From positions 160,001-224,000 of the forward strand of contig CAWJEN010000006.1 of assembly GCA_963841915.1 (NCBI GenBank): DNA of 64,000 nt. The letters run 5' to 3'. Numbering within the stretch: the first letter of the stretch is position 1; each line of letters opens with the position of its first letter. The notes under the pieces are model-generated. The model was not told the DNA's origin and ran no database searches. It saw only the letters and a program-made list of their open reading frames with translations. The translations under genes and the position numbers were made by a program. Below, piece by piece: positions 33,704-42,858 of the stretch. The stretch is from an uncultured Planctomycetota bacterium. GTDB lineage: Bacteria; Planctomycetota; Phycisphaerae; Tepidisphaerales; Tepidisphaeraceae.

Positions 33704-33719
33704 TGTTCCACGTGGAACA
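33704..33719. promoter_or_regulatory. parS centromere site
   Basis: Perfect palindrome TGTTCCACGTGGAACA. Confidence 0.9.
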
Positions 33720-33824
33720 ATCGAGCCCCGCCGCCAATCGCCGCCCCCCATTCGGCCGCCGCGGCGCAACAGCTTTGCGTCGCTTCGAGCGCCAAGGACC
33801 CTGACAAGGCGTGAGACGGGCGGG

Positions 33825-35900
33825 CTACTTCGCGGTGAGCAGCGAGCGGTTGTTGCGCTCTTCAACGAGGCGGGCGACGGCTTCGTCGAGGGTGACGACG
33901 CCGAGGTCGCCTGTGGTTCTGCCGCGGAGGCTGACGGTGCCGGCCTCGGCTTCCTTGCCGCCGCAGACGAGCATGTACGGAACCTTCCGCTCGGTCGCGA
34001 GGCGGATCTTGGAGCCGACCTTGTCGTTGCCGTCGTCGAGCGTCGCCCGCAGACCTGCCGCTTTGCACGCGTCGACGACTTTGTGCCCGTAGTCGTTGAA
34101 TTTCTCACTGATCGGCAGCACCCGTACCTGCTCGGGGGCCAGCCACAACGGGAAAGCGCCGGCAAAGTGTTCGATGAGGACGCCGACGAACCGCTCCATC
34201 GAGCCGAAGGGCGCGCGGTGGATCATGACCGGACGGTGGTCGGTGTTGTCGCTGCCGACGTAGCTGAGGTCGAACCGCTGGGGCAACTGGTAGTCGACCT
34301 GCACCGTACCGAGCTGCCACTCGCGGCCGATGACGTCTTTCACCACAAAGTCGATCTTCGGCCCATAGAAAGCGGCCTCGCCCGGCTCGGTCGTGAAGGC
34401 GACGCCGAGCGTTTTGGCGGCCTCCGTGCAGGCGGCTTCGGCCTGGTCCCATTGCTTGGCATCGCCGACGAACTTGTCGGCGTCAGGGTCACGCAGGCCG
34501 ACGCGTACGCGATAGTCGTTCATGCCGAGCGTGCCGAGGACGATCTTGACCAGTTCCAGGCAACCCAGCACTTCGGCAGCGACCTGTTCTTCGGTACAGA
34601 AGATGTGCGCGTCGTCCTGCGTGAAGCCGCGGACGCGGGTCATGCCGCCGAGCTCGCCGGATTGCTCCCAGCGGTAGACGGTGCCGAACTCTGCGAGTCT
34701 TACCGGAAGATCGCGATAACTGTGCGGGTCCGACGCGTAGATGCGGATGTGGTGCGGGCAGTTCATGGGCTTGAGCATGAAGCCCTCGATTTCGCCTTCT
34801 CCGAGCTTGTTGGCCAGTTCGCCGCAGGTGCAGCCTTCCTTGGCGAGCAGCTCGACCGTCTCTTTCTCGATCAGCGGCGGGAACTGGCTGTCGCTGTAGT
34901 ACGGGTAGTGGCCGCTGGTTCGGTAGAGGTCGAGCTTGCCGATGTGCGGCGTGAAAACCTGCTTGTAGCCCTGCCGTTGGAGGTGCTCTCCGATGAAGTT
35001 CTGCAGCTCTTGGCGGACGACCGCGCCGTTGGGCTTCCAGAGGACAAGGCCCTGGCCGACCTTGTCGTCGATCGTGTACAGACCGAGGGCGGGCCCGAGG
35101 ACACGGTGGTCGCGTTTTTTGGCTTCTGCAAGGGATTCTAGGTGTGCGTCGAGGTCGCCCTGGGTGTAGAAGGCCGTGCCGTAGATGCGTTGGAAGCGGT
35201 CGCTGGTGACATCGCCGTGCCAGTGGGAGCTGGCGGTGCTGGTGAGCTTGTACGCCCCGATGCGGCCGGTCGATGGAACGTGCGGGCCTTGGCAGAGGTC
35301 TTCCCAGTTCTGATCCTTTTGCCCGGTGACGTACCACGAGAGCGTCGTCGCCCCGCCTGCGATGGCCCGATCGGCGTTGTCGAGTTTGTACTTGTTTCCT
35401 TCAGTCTTCAGCCGCTCGACGCCAGCCTCGGTCGGCAGGTCGTACCGGGTAAACGGACGATCCTCGCCGACGACGGCTGCCATTTCCGCCTCGATCTTCT
35501 CGAAGTCGTCGGAGCTGATCGGCGGCTCGATCGCGATGTCGTAGTAAAAGCCGGTCTCCAGCGGTGGTCCGTAGGCGAGAACCGCGTCCGGTCGAACCTT
35601 TTGGATCGCCTCTGCCATCACGTGTGCCGTCGAGTGCCGGAGCAGGTAGAGGGCGTCTTTCTCATGCTGTTCGTCACGCCATTTGCTGCGATCCTTCTTG
35701 TCGACGCGCGGGCCGGTGACGAGGGCAACGTCGTGCTCGCCTTCGGGCAGCGGGCGATGGAGGTCGACGAGCACATGGTCGACGCGGGCACCGACGGCGG
35801 CGGCGGCGAGCTTCTCGCCGATGGTCACGGCCAGGTCGTAAGGCGTGCTGCCGTCGGGCAGGTCGCGGCGGGAACCATCGGGCAGGATCGCGGTGGGCAT
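33825..35900 (-). CDS. thrS: Threonine--tRNA ligase
   Basis: TGS domain, RHSTAHVMA, DLCQGPH, RDHRVLG, KPMNCPHH, RVRGFTQDDAH, GEAAFYGPK. Confidence 0.98.
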   Translation of the reverse strand: MPTAILPDGSRRDLPDGSTPYDLAVTIGEKLAAAAVGARVDHVLVDLHRPLPEGEHDVALVTGPRVDKKDRSKWRDEQHEKDALYLLRHSTAHVMAEAIQKVRPDAVLAYGPPLETGFYYDIAIEPPISSDDFEKIEAEMAAVVGEDRPFTRYDLPTEAGVERLKTEGNKYKLDNADRAIAGGATTLSWYVTGQKDQNWEDLCQGPHVPSTGRIGAYKLTSTASSHWHGDVTSDRFQRIYGTAFYTQGDLDAHLESLAEAKKRDHRVLGPALGLYTIDDKVGQGLVLWKPNGAVVRQELQNFIGEHLQRQGYKQVFTPHIGKLDLYRTSGHYPYYSDSQFPPLIEKETVELLAKEGCTCGELANKLGEGEIEGFMLKPMNCPHHIRIYASDPHSYRDLPVRLAEFGTVYRWEQSGELGGMTRVRGFTQDDAHIFCTEEQVAAEVLGCLELVKIVLGTLGMNDYRVRVGLRDPDADKFVGDAKQWDQAEAACTEAAKTLGVAFTTEPGEAAFYGPKIDFVVKDVIGREWQLGTVQVDYQLPQRFDLSYVGSDNTDHRPVMIHRAPFGSMERFVGVLIEHFAGAFPLWLAPEQVRVLPISEKFNDYGHKVVDACKAAGLRATLDDGNDKVGSKIRLATERKVPYMLVCGGKEAEAGTVSLRGRTTGDLGVVTLDEAVARLVEERNNRSLLTAK

Positions 35901-35916
35901 GGTCGTTGGAAGGAGC

Positions 35917-35947
35917 AAACAAAAGCCGCCCGGTTGAGCGGGCGGCT
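35917..35947 (-). terminator. Attenuator terminator upstream of thrS
   Basis: Minus strand AGCCGCCCG-CTCAAC-CGGGCGGCT-TTTGTTT, 16 nt before the thrS ATG. Confidence 0.8.
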
Positions 35948-35976
35948 GCGTCAGGGTGGACGAGAACCGGCCCGCG

Positions 35977-36024
35977 TTACAGCGGCGTGGTCGAAGTGGT
36001 CGCGGTCGTCGTCGTGAAGGTCAC
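35977..36024 (-). CDS. Thr-rich leader peptide MTFTTTTATTSTTPL
   Basis: GTG start, 9 of 15 codons Thr, TAA; precedes terminator and thrS. Confidence 0.8.
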   Translation of the reverse strand: MTFTTTTATTSTTPL

Positions 36025-36030
36025 GGCCCA

Positions 36031-36058
36031 ACCATAGATCATGCCGCCGCTCATGCAA
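36031..36058 (-). promoter_or_regulatory. Sigma70-type promoter for the thrS leader
   Basis: TTGCAT-N16-TATGGT, 6 nt before the leader GTG. Confidence 0.55.
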
Positions 36059-36415
36059 CCGCTCCTCCTGAGACCGGTCGCCGTGACGCTGGATCCGACA
36101 TTCGTCGTGGCCAACGTCATCGAGGCCGGGCTTTGGGTGGTCGTCGCGATCATCGTCCTGGCGAAGTGGAAGCACAAGACGGCAGCGATCGTGCTCGTCG
36201 CATTCGGCATCAGCGACCTCGTCGAGACACAGACGGGTGCGTGGTGGAAGCCGTGGTGGCTACTCGCCTGGAAGGCACTGTGCGTGATCGCGCTGCTGGT
36301 GATCGTCGGTTCCACGTGGAAGTCGTCGGTTCCACGTGGAACAGGCGACGTCAAGATTTGGATGAGGCGCACCAAAAGACCGGCGCCCTGGAGGAGGAGG
36401 GGACGCCGGCCTTAG
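36041..36415 (+). CDS. Small membrane protein (start uncertain)
   Basis: Three hydrophobic segments; FGISDLVETQTGAWWKPWWLLAWK. Confidence 0.65.
   Translation: MPPLMQPLLLRPVAVTLDPTFVVANVIEAGLWVVVAIIVLAKWKHKTAAIVLVAFGISDLVETQTGAWWKPWWLLAWKALCVIALLVIVGSTWKSSVPRGTGDVKIWMRRTKRPAPWRRRGRRP
36308..36343. promoter_or_regulatory. Two tandem parS-like sites
   Basis: GGTTCCACGTGGAAGT (36308) and GGTTCCACGTGGAACA (36328) in a 20-bp tandem duplication. Confidence 0.75.
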
Positions 36416-36925
36416 AGGAGGCTCGAAAACGGATGCCGGCCGGAGGAGGAGAAGCCGGCACCCGTGGAGGAGGATCAAAAGCCGACGCTGGAGGAGGAGG
36501 AGAACCAGCGTCGGCTGCGGAGGAGGTCTAAAACCGACGTCGAGGGAGGAGGAAACTCGACGCCGGTTGGAGGAGGCTCGAAACCCGGCACCGGGGGAGG
36601 AGGAAACCCGATGCCGGATGGAGGAGGTCCTGAGGGCTGGCCAGTTGGCCTAGTGGCATTGGCGTCCGCATCGCCAAGGCCCTGCCCGTGTTCTAAAAGC
36701 CGATGCGGGCGGAGGAGGAGAACCCGCACCGGCTGGAGGAGGTTTAAAACGGGCACCGGCCGGAGGAGGAGAAGCCGATGCCCGTGGAGGAGGTTTGTGT
36801 GGTCGCTGCGTTCTCCGACGCTGAAGGCCCTTTCGGGCTGGTGCGGGCTTCGCGACGGTCGCGTCAGCTCCGCTGTGTTCTAAAACCGGTGCCGGCCGAA
36901 GGTTGTCCTCCGGCACCGGTTGCGG
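36372..36925 (-). ncRNA. Putative structured RNA array: hairpins with CCUCCUCC loops (cuckoo/anti-SD-like)
   Basis: 7 units of CCTCCTCC-stem-TT(C/T)CCTCCTCC-like loop-stem-TTT(T) at ~50-nt period, plus an eighth hairpin; stems vary in sequence but keep pairing. Confidence 0.7.
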
Positions 36926-36993
36926 GTCGGGCCCTCGCCCGGATTCCGCGTCTCTCCCTCGCCCCGAGGGTTGCATTTTCCCCCACGGATTCT

Positions 36994-37290
36994 CTAAGGC
37001 ATCCCGTCGTCATCTCGTTCATAGAACGAGGCGAAGAGGCCCGTGATCAGCACAGAACCGGCTGCGGCGACGCACATCAGTGGCGTCACGAGCCCGCCTT
37101 CCCGAACCAGCTCACCGTTCGCCAGCCACAGCAGGCCGGCAGCGACAAGAATGGCAACGAGTGGCAGCAGGAGCCGTCCGACGCGACGAACCAGGTGGTT
37201 CGCCTGGGCCACCCGCCAGTCGATGTAGTCGAGGGACGGGGACACGCGGTGAGTCGCAAGATCAGCGACATGCCGGAGGGCGTGGTTCAT
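36994..37290 (-). CDS. Small membrane protein
   Basis: GGAGA RBS before ATG at 37290; two TM helices. Confidence 0.6.
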   Translation of the reverse strand: MNHALRHVADLATHRVSPSLDYIDWRVAQANHLVRRVGRLLLPLVAILVAAGLLWLANGELVREGGLVTPLMCVAAAGSVLITGLFASFYERDDDGMP

Positions 37291-37937
37291 TGTGATCTCC
37301 ATCGCAATCGGCGGCCTTGCCTGCTGCGAAGAGGGGTTGAGTCGTTCTGAGCCGTCGCTTCTTGCGACGGGGTCGTGTCCGCCTCACCTGCCGACGGCAC
37401 CGTGCCGTCGTCTTGTGCAGGTTTGCGTCACGTTGAACCCTTTAGAGAAGTTCGTGCCACCCGACGCAGATCGAGGAAAAAAAACGCTGCGGGCGATGGG
37501 CAGGGAGCGTGAAAAGGCCGCTGATCGCTCGTATGGCTTGATTCGACGCTTCAAGTTTGTGACTTTATCTTCTGCGGCCTTTCGGACCTTCATCTACTGC
37601 TTACAGAACACTGCCTGCGGACTGGGCAATGTGGTGGGGAAGCGCGCAGTTGCATGCCAGTGCAGCGACGCCCGCCGCCGATGCCGCCAGACCTTTAAGT
37701 AAGACGTCGCGGAGTAGATGGCGACCCGAGGCTTATCGCTGCGTGTGCCATTCGCACCACAGGATGATTCGCGTCGTACGGTGCATTGACACGCGCAGGA
37801 AAAGTCTGCGCAATTCCAGTGGGACAGGCGGGTTCGTCCGCCTACACTGGCGGCCCGGCCGGTGGGTACGCGCTTGCGTCCCGCAACGGTTCGGTTCGGT
37901 TCGAAGGTACACGTGCGGCTCCGGCCGCGGGAGCGTT

Positions 37938-40900
37938 ATGGCTAAAGGTATTCGCGTCAGCTCACTGGCTAAGGAATTGGGAGTCAAGAGCAAGGACGTT
38001 CTGGCCAAGCTCCGCGAGGAGGGCTTGGGCGAGAAGGTGCCCAACCACCAGAGCACCGTCGGTCCGGGTTTGGAAGCCTCCATCCGCGATTGGTTCCCAG
38101 GAGCCGATGCAGGCGGTGGTGGAACTGCCACCGCCACCAAGACCACCAAGAAGGCCGTAAAGAAGACGACCAAGAAGGTCGCCAAGGCGGTGACCAAGAA
38201 TGCTCCCGCAGACGATGCGTCGGCTGCGCCCGCTGAGGAGGCTGAGACGTCTAAGGCCGCTCCACCGCCGCCTCCACCGCCTGCGGCACCGACGCCGCCG
38301 CCTGCGGCGCCGGTTGCACCTGCGGCGGTGGTTGCTGAGACGCCCCAAGCCGCCCCGCCTCCGCCGCCGCCCCGTCCGGCCCCGCCGGCCAACTCGCGTC
38401 CGACGCCGCCTGCGCCGCGTCCGCCCGTTGCTGCGCCTCAACCGCCGCTGCGTCCTGCTGCCACGATTTCGGGTCCGTCACCGTCGCTGGGTCGTCGCGA
38501 CCCCAAGACCGGCCGCCTGATCCCGCCGCCGGCACCGCCGGCGCCACCCAAGCCGCAGGCTCCGGTCGCGCCGCAGCGTCCTGCCGTGCGACCCGCCGCA
38601 CAAGCCCCGGGTCAGCCCGGTCGTCCGATGCCCCGGCCGGCCCCGCCGTCCGATGGTCGTCGCCCCGCCCCGCCGCAGCGTCCGGGTCAGCCCGGCCTGC
38701 CCGCCGGTGGCACCGTCAACCCCAACACGGGCGTTGCCGAGCAGCCGATGCGGCCGACGATTACGCTTGCCGATAAGCAAAAAGAGCTTCAAGAGCGGAT
38801 CAAGGTCGAGCGAGAAGCCAAACGCGCTGCCGAAGGTCCCGTCAAAGCCGCCCCACAGCTTTCGGAGCTGAAGAAGGCTGAGGTCAGCGGGCCCAAGGTC
38901 GTTCGCGTCGAAGCGCCCGACCACGTGCCTGCCCCACGTCGTCGCGACGCCTCGCGTCCGGGTGGACCGGCTCGCATTCCGACCGGACCCATCGCCAAAG
39001 GTGGTGGCGGCGTTAAGGTGCGTGACCCCAACGCAGCCGGCGCGCCAGGTACCGGAACCGGTGCCGCGGGTGATCGTGGCAGCCTGTCGGGTCGCCGTCG
39101 CACCGATGGTCGGCGTGGTGAGGCGCTTGAGAAGCTTCGCGAGTTCACCGACGCCGACATCATTGCTCGGCGCGATGCGCTCAATGCAGCCAAGGCCAAT
39201 CGGAACCTGCTGGATCGTCAGATGCAGCGGACCGCCCAGCGTGGTCGCGGTTTCCGCGCCCCCACGCCTTCGCAGTCGGACGGCCCGGTCATCGTCAAAG
39301 AGCCGATCACCGTCAAGAGCTTGTCGAACGATCTCGGCGTCCGCTCCAACTCGCTGCTTCGCACGCTGTTCGTCAAGCATGGCGCACGCGGCGTGAGCAT
39401 CAATAGCAGCCTCGATGCTGAACAGGCAGAGGCGTTGGCGATGGAGTTCGGGATCGACGTCGCTATCGAGCGTGAGCCGTCTGCCGAAGAGAAGCTCATC
39501 GAGCGGTTCATCGACATCGATGCCGCCATGGCCCCGGAGGATCTGACCTCCAGACCGCCCGTCGTGACCATCCTCGGCCACGTCGACCACGGCAAGACGA
39601 GCCTGCTGGACAAGATTCGCAACACCAATGTCGTCGCCGGCGAGAGTGGCGGCATCACGCAGCACGTTGCCGCCTTCGATGTCAGCATCGAGCGTGATGG
39701 CGAGACCAAGCAGGTCACATTTATCGACACGCCCGGCCACCAGGCCTTCACGGCCATGCGTGCCCGTGGTGCGCAGGTAACGGACATCGTCGTGCTGGTG
39801 ATCGATGCCGCCCAAGGCATTCAGCCGCAAACGACTGAGAGTATCAACCACGCCAAGGCCGCCGGCGTGCCGATCGTGGTCGCGCTCAACAAGATCGACC
39901 GTCCCGACGCCAATCCCGACAAGGTGCTTGGCGAACTAGCGGCTGCCGACCTGAACCCGGCCGAATGGGGTGGCGACACTGAAGTCGTCCGCACCAGTGC
40001 GATGACCGGCCAAGGGATCGACGATCTTCTGGAGATTCTCGACATTCAGGCCGAGATTCTCGAACTCCGGGCCGCGCCGCAGACGGCAGCCCGTGGCCGT
40101 GTGATCGAGGCGCGTCAAGCCCAGGGCCTTGGCCCGGTCGCGACAATCCTCGTGCAGCAAGGCACGCTCCGTGTCGGCGATGTCATTCTCGCCGGTGTCG
40201 GCTGGGGCCGCGTGCGTGCCCTGCAGAAGGCTGACGGCAAGAACCACAAGGAAGCCCCGCCCAGCACGCCCGTGCTCGTCAGCGGCTTCAATGAGGTTCC
40301 GTCGGCCGGTGACGCATTCTTCGTCATGAGCGACCTCGACGAAGCCGTCGCCGTCGCCGAAGAGCGTCGGTCGGAGCAGCGCCAGGAAGACCTTGCCCTC
40401 AAGAACAAGGTCAGTCTCGAGAACCTGTTCGACACCGTGGCCGAGGGCCAAATTAAGACGATCAACCTCATCCTCAAGGGCGACGTCAAGGGGTCGGTCG
40501 AGACGCTCCAAGCGACGGTCGGCCAGCACAACAACCAGGAAGTGCAGGTCAAGATCATCCACAGCGCTGTCGGTGCTGTGAATGAGAGTGATGTGGAGCT
40601 CGCCGACGCATCGGAGGCCGTCGTCATCGGCTTCCACGTCGCCATCGATGAGGGTGCCCGCCACCTCGCCGAGCAGCGTGGCGTCGAGATCCGGACGTAC
40701 AACGTCATCTACGAGATCTACGACGACATCAAGCTGGCCTTGAGCGGCCTGCTCACGCCCGACATCGAAGAGCGGTACCGTGGCACCTGCGAGGTGCGGC
40801 AGACGTTCCGCTCGAGCCGTCTGGGCACGATTGCCGGTTGCTACGTCACCGATGGCACGATCAGTCGCGATGCGTTCGTCCGCCTGCTGCGGGACGGCCG

Positions 40901-41069
40901 CATCGTGCAGGAAGAGCTTCGTGTCGACAGCCTCCGCCGCATCAAGGACGACGCCCGTGAGGTCAAGCAAGGCCTTGAGTGTGGTCTGAACCTGCAGAAC
41001 TACGACGACGTGAAGGACGGCGACAAGCTAGAGTTTTACGTCCGTGAAGAAGTCGCGCGGTCTCTTTAA
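37938..41069 (+). CDS. infB: Translation initiation factor IF-2
   Basis: [43 protein letters not shown]-terminus. Confidence 0.98.
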   Translation: MAKGIRVSSLAKELGVKSKDVLAKLREEGLGEKVPNHQSTVGPGLEASIRDWFPGADAGGGGTATATKTTKKAVKKTTKKVAKAVTKNAPADDASAAPAEEAETSKAAPPPPPPPAAPTPPPAAPVAPAAVVAETPQAAPPPPPPRPAPPANSRPTPPAPRPPVAAPQPPLRPAATISGPSPSLGRRDPKTGRLIPPPAPPAPPKPQAPVAPQRPAVRPAAQAPGQPGRPMPRPAPPSDGRRPAPPQRPGQPGLPAGGTVNPNTGVAEQPMRPTITLADKQKELQERIKVEREAKRAAEGPVKAAPQLSELKKAEVSGPKVVRVEAPDHVPAPRRRDASRPGGPARIPTGPIAKGGGGVKVRDPNAAGAPGTGTGAAGDRGSLSGRRRTDGRRGEALEKLREFTDADIIARRDALNAAKANRNLLDRQMQRTAQRGRGFRAPTPSQSDGPVIVKEPITVKSLSNDLGVRSNSLLRTLFVKHGARGVSINSSLDAEQAEALAMEFGIDVAIEREPSAEEKLIERFIDIDAAMAPEDLTSRPPVVTILGHVDHGKTSLLDKIRNTNVVAGESGGITQHVAAFDVSIERDGETKQVTFIDTPGHQAFTAMRARGAQVTDIVVLVIDAAQGIQPQTTESINHAKAAGVPIVVALNKIDRPDANPDKVLGELAAADLNPAEWGGDTEVVRTSAMTGQGIDDLLEILDIQAEILELRAAPQTAARGRVIEARQAQGLGPVATILVQQGTLRVGDVILAGVGWGRVRALQKADGKNHKEAPPSTPVLVSGFNEVPSAGDAFFVMSDLDEAVAVAEERRSEQRQEDLALKNKVSLENLFDTVAEGQIKTINLILKGDVKGSVETLQATVGQHNNQEVQVKIIHSAVGAVNESDVELADASEAVVIGFHVAIDEGARHLAEQRGVEIRTYNVIYEIYDDIKLALSGLLTPDIEERYRGTCEVRQTFRSSRLGTIAGCYVTDGTISRDAFVRLLRDGRIVQEELRVDSLRRIKDDAREVKQGLECGLNLQNYDDVKDGDKLEFYVREEVARSL

Positions 41070-41098
41070 AACGCCACGGGACGCGGAGCAAGAACGCA

Positions 41099-41130
41099 GA
41101 AAGCGGCGGCTCGCTGAGCCGCCGCTTTTT
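41099..41130 (+). terminator. Rho-independent terminator after infB
   Basis: AAGCGGCGGCTC-GCT-GAGCCGCCGCTTTTT. Confidence 0.8.
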
Positions 41131-41205
41131 CGCAATGGCGATGCCGAGGACGAATAGCACATCGCGCCTTGTGCCAGATCGTCTCTGCCGTGACAATGTC
41201 CGTCC

Positions 41206-41670
41206 GTGTCTGACACCCCGCCGCAGCTTCCTCTCGTCGCCGGTTGGAAGGAAAAGGCGGCGTTCCCCGAGTGGCACGTGCGGCGGCTGACGGTCAAGCT
41301 CGATACAGGAGCCGCAACCGGGGCCATCGACTGTGCAGAAATTGAAGATCTTGATGACGGCAACGTTCGCTTCGTCATCCGCCTGCACCGCCGAAACGGC
41401 GACATCTCGCGTGAAGTTGTCTGCCCAGTAAGCCGTCACAGCCATGTGCGATCGGCCAGTGGCCACGGGCAGAACCGGCTGTTCGTCCAGACGAAACTCT
41501 CGATGGGCGGCGTGCTGCGTCAGGTTGAGCTCTCACTGAGTAGCCGACACAAGATGCTCCACCGCGTGTTGCTGGGCCGTCGCGCCTTGGCCGACGCCTT
41601 CCTCGTTGACAGCGCGCAAGCGTTTCTCCTTCCCAAACCGAGCCGCACAACGCGGAACCAATCCCTGTGA
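41206..41670 (+). CDS. RimK-associated retropepsin-like protease (RimB / ATP-dependent Zn protease family)
   Basis: GWKE, KLDTGA, VRSASG, LLGRRAL; overlaps rimK start. Confidence 0.85.
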   Translation: MSDTPPQLPLVAGWKEKAAFPEWHVRRLTVKLDTGAATGAIDCAEIEDLDDGNVRFVIRLHRRNGDISREVVCPVSRHSHVRSASGHGQNRLFVQTKLSMGGVLRQVELSLSSRHKMLHRVLLGRRALADAFLVDSAQAFLLPKPSRTTRNQSL

Positions 41671-42836
41671 AACTCTGCATCCTGTCCCGCGGCCCGAAGT
41701 CCTACTCCACCCGTCGCCTCCGTGAAGCCGCCGCCGAGCGAGGCCACAACGTCAAGGTTCTGGACCACATGCGGTTCTCGATCCACGTCGAGCAGCAGGA
41801 CCCGTCACTCCACTTCCGCGGCAAGGAACTCAGCAGCTACGACGCGGTCATCCCGCGCATCGGGGCCAGCGTCACCTTCTACGGCACGGCCGTCGTGCGC
41901 CAGTTCGAGCAGATGGGCGTCTTCTGCGTCAACGGCTCTGCCGCCATCAGCGTCAGCCGTGACAAGCTCCGGTCGCTGCAGATCCTGGCTCGTCACGACA
42001 TCGGCCTGCCCTCCACCGCCTTTGTCAGTCACCGCGACGACATCCTTCGCGGCATCAACGCAGTCGGCGGAGCACCCGTCATCATCAAGATGCTCGAAGG
42101 CACGCAAGGCGTCGGCGTTATTCTCGCCGAAAGCGAGAAAGTCGCCGAGGCCATCATCGAAGCCTTCAGCGGCCTTCGGCAGAACGTGCTCATCCAGAAG
42201 TTCGTTGCCGAGAGCAAAGGCAAAGACGTTCGCGCGTTCGTCGTCGGTGATAAGGTCGTCGGCGCGATGCGCCGCAGCGCCGTCGGCACCGAGTTCCGCA
42301 GCAACGTCCACCGCGGCGGCACGACGGAGGCCATCGAACTCACGCCCGAGTTCGAGAGAACGGCGGTCCACGCCGCGCAAGTGCTCGGGCTGCGCGTCGC
42401 GGGCGTCGATATGCTCGAAGCGACTGACGGGCCGCAGGTGATGGAAGTGAATTCGTCACCGGGGCTCGAAGGCATTGAAGGCGCGACCGGCCTCGACATC
42501 GCTGGCGAAATCATCAAGCTGTGCGAGCGCGAGGTGAAGTTCCCCGACGTCGATATCCGTCAGCGGCTCACGCTCAAGAGCGGCTACACGGTTGCCGAAG
42601 TGCCCGTCGCGGCCGAGAGTGACCTGGTCGGCCAGACGATAGCAGAGACGAAACTGCGTGACCGCGACGTGCTCGTGCTGAGCATCATTCGCCAGAACCT
42701 GACCATTCCCAACCCACGCGGCAGCCGCGAAATCATGGCAGGCGACACACTCGTCTGCTTCGGCAAACAGATGACGCTCGAGACGCTTGTACCTGTCAAG
42801 CAGCCCAAAAAGCCCAGAAGGCCGGCCAAGGCCTGA
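41667..42836 (+). CDS. rimK: RimK family alpha-L-glutamate ligase with C-terminal TrkA_C domain
   Basis: YSTRRL, IPRIGASVTFYG, GTQGVGV, FRSNVHRGG, EVNSSPG; RCK_C-like tail. Confidence 0.92.
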   Translation: MKLCILSRGPKSYSTRRLREAAAERGHNVKVLDHMRFSIHVEQQDPSLHFRGKELSSYDAVIPRIGASVTFYGTAVVRQFEQMGVFCVNGSAAISVSRDKLRSLQILARHDIGLPSTAFVSHRDDILRGINAVGGAPVIIKMLEGTQGVGVILAESEKVAEAIIEAFSGLRQNVLIQKFVAESKGKDVRAFVVGDKVVGAMRRSAVGTEFRSNVHRGGTTEAIELTPEFERTAVHAAQVLGLRVAGVDMLEATDGPQVMEVNSSPGLEGIEGATGLDIAGEIIKLCEREVKFPDVDIRQRLTLKSGYTVAEVPVAAESDLVGQTIAETKLRDRDVLVLSIIRQNLTIPNPRGSREIMAGDTLVCFGKQMTLETLVPVKQPKKPRRPAKA

Positions 42837-42858
42837 CGAGCGATCGGCGATGCTTTTA

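Noticed and set aside
12938..35141. Long antisense ORFs (12938..14884, 18150..20450 N-terminal part, 23163..25322, 33477..35141 and similar)
   Set aside because: Shadow frames of well-supported genes in high-GC DNA, with no recognisable motifs.
35900..36060. T-box riboswitch upstream of thrS
   Set aside because: No UGGNACC T-box bulge or stem I; the leader is too short; the Thr-codon uORF explains the terminator.
36464..36883. Pro-rich or Glu/Gly-rich ORFs over the array (36475..36756 -, 36464..36883 +)
   Set aside because: Unit lengths do not keep one frame, so motifs drift between frames; the stem covariation is better explained by RNA structure.
36372..36925. CRISPR array interpretation of the ~50-bp periodic repeats
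   Set aside because: The variable parts are self-complementary stems, not unique spacers; the constant parts are only 8-13 nt; no cas genes in the window.
37330..37930. oriC in the long intergenic region before infB
   Set aside because: No clustered TTATCCACA-like DnaA boxes or clear AT-rich unwinding element seen; no dnaA/dnaN adjacent.
37629..37937. N-terminal extension of infB in the ORF track
   Set aside because: IF2 homology begins at MAKGIRV (37938); the upstream sequence looks like promoter/UTR.
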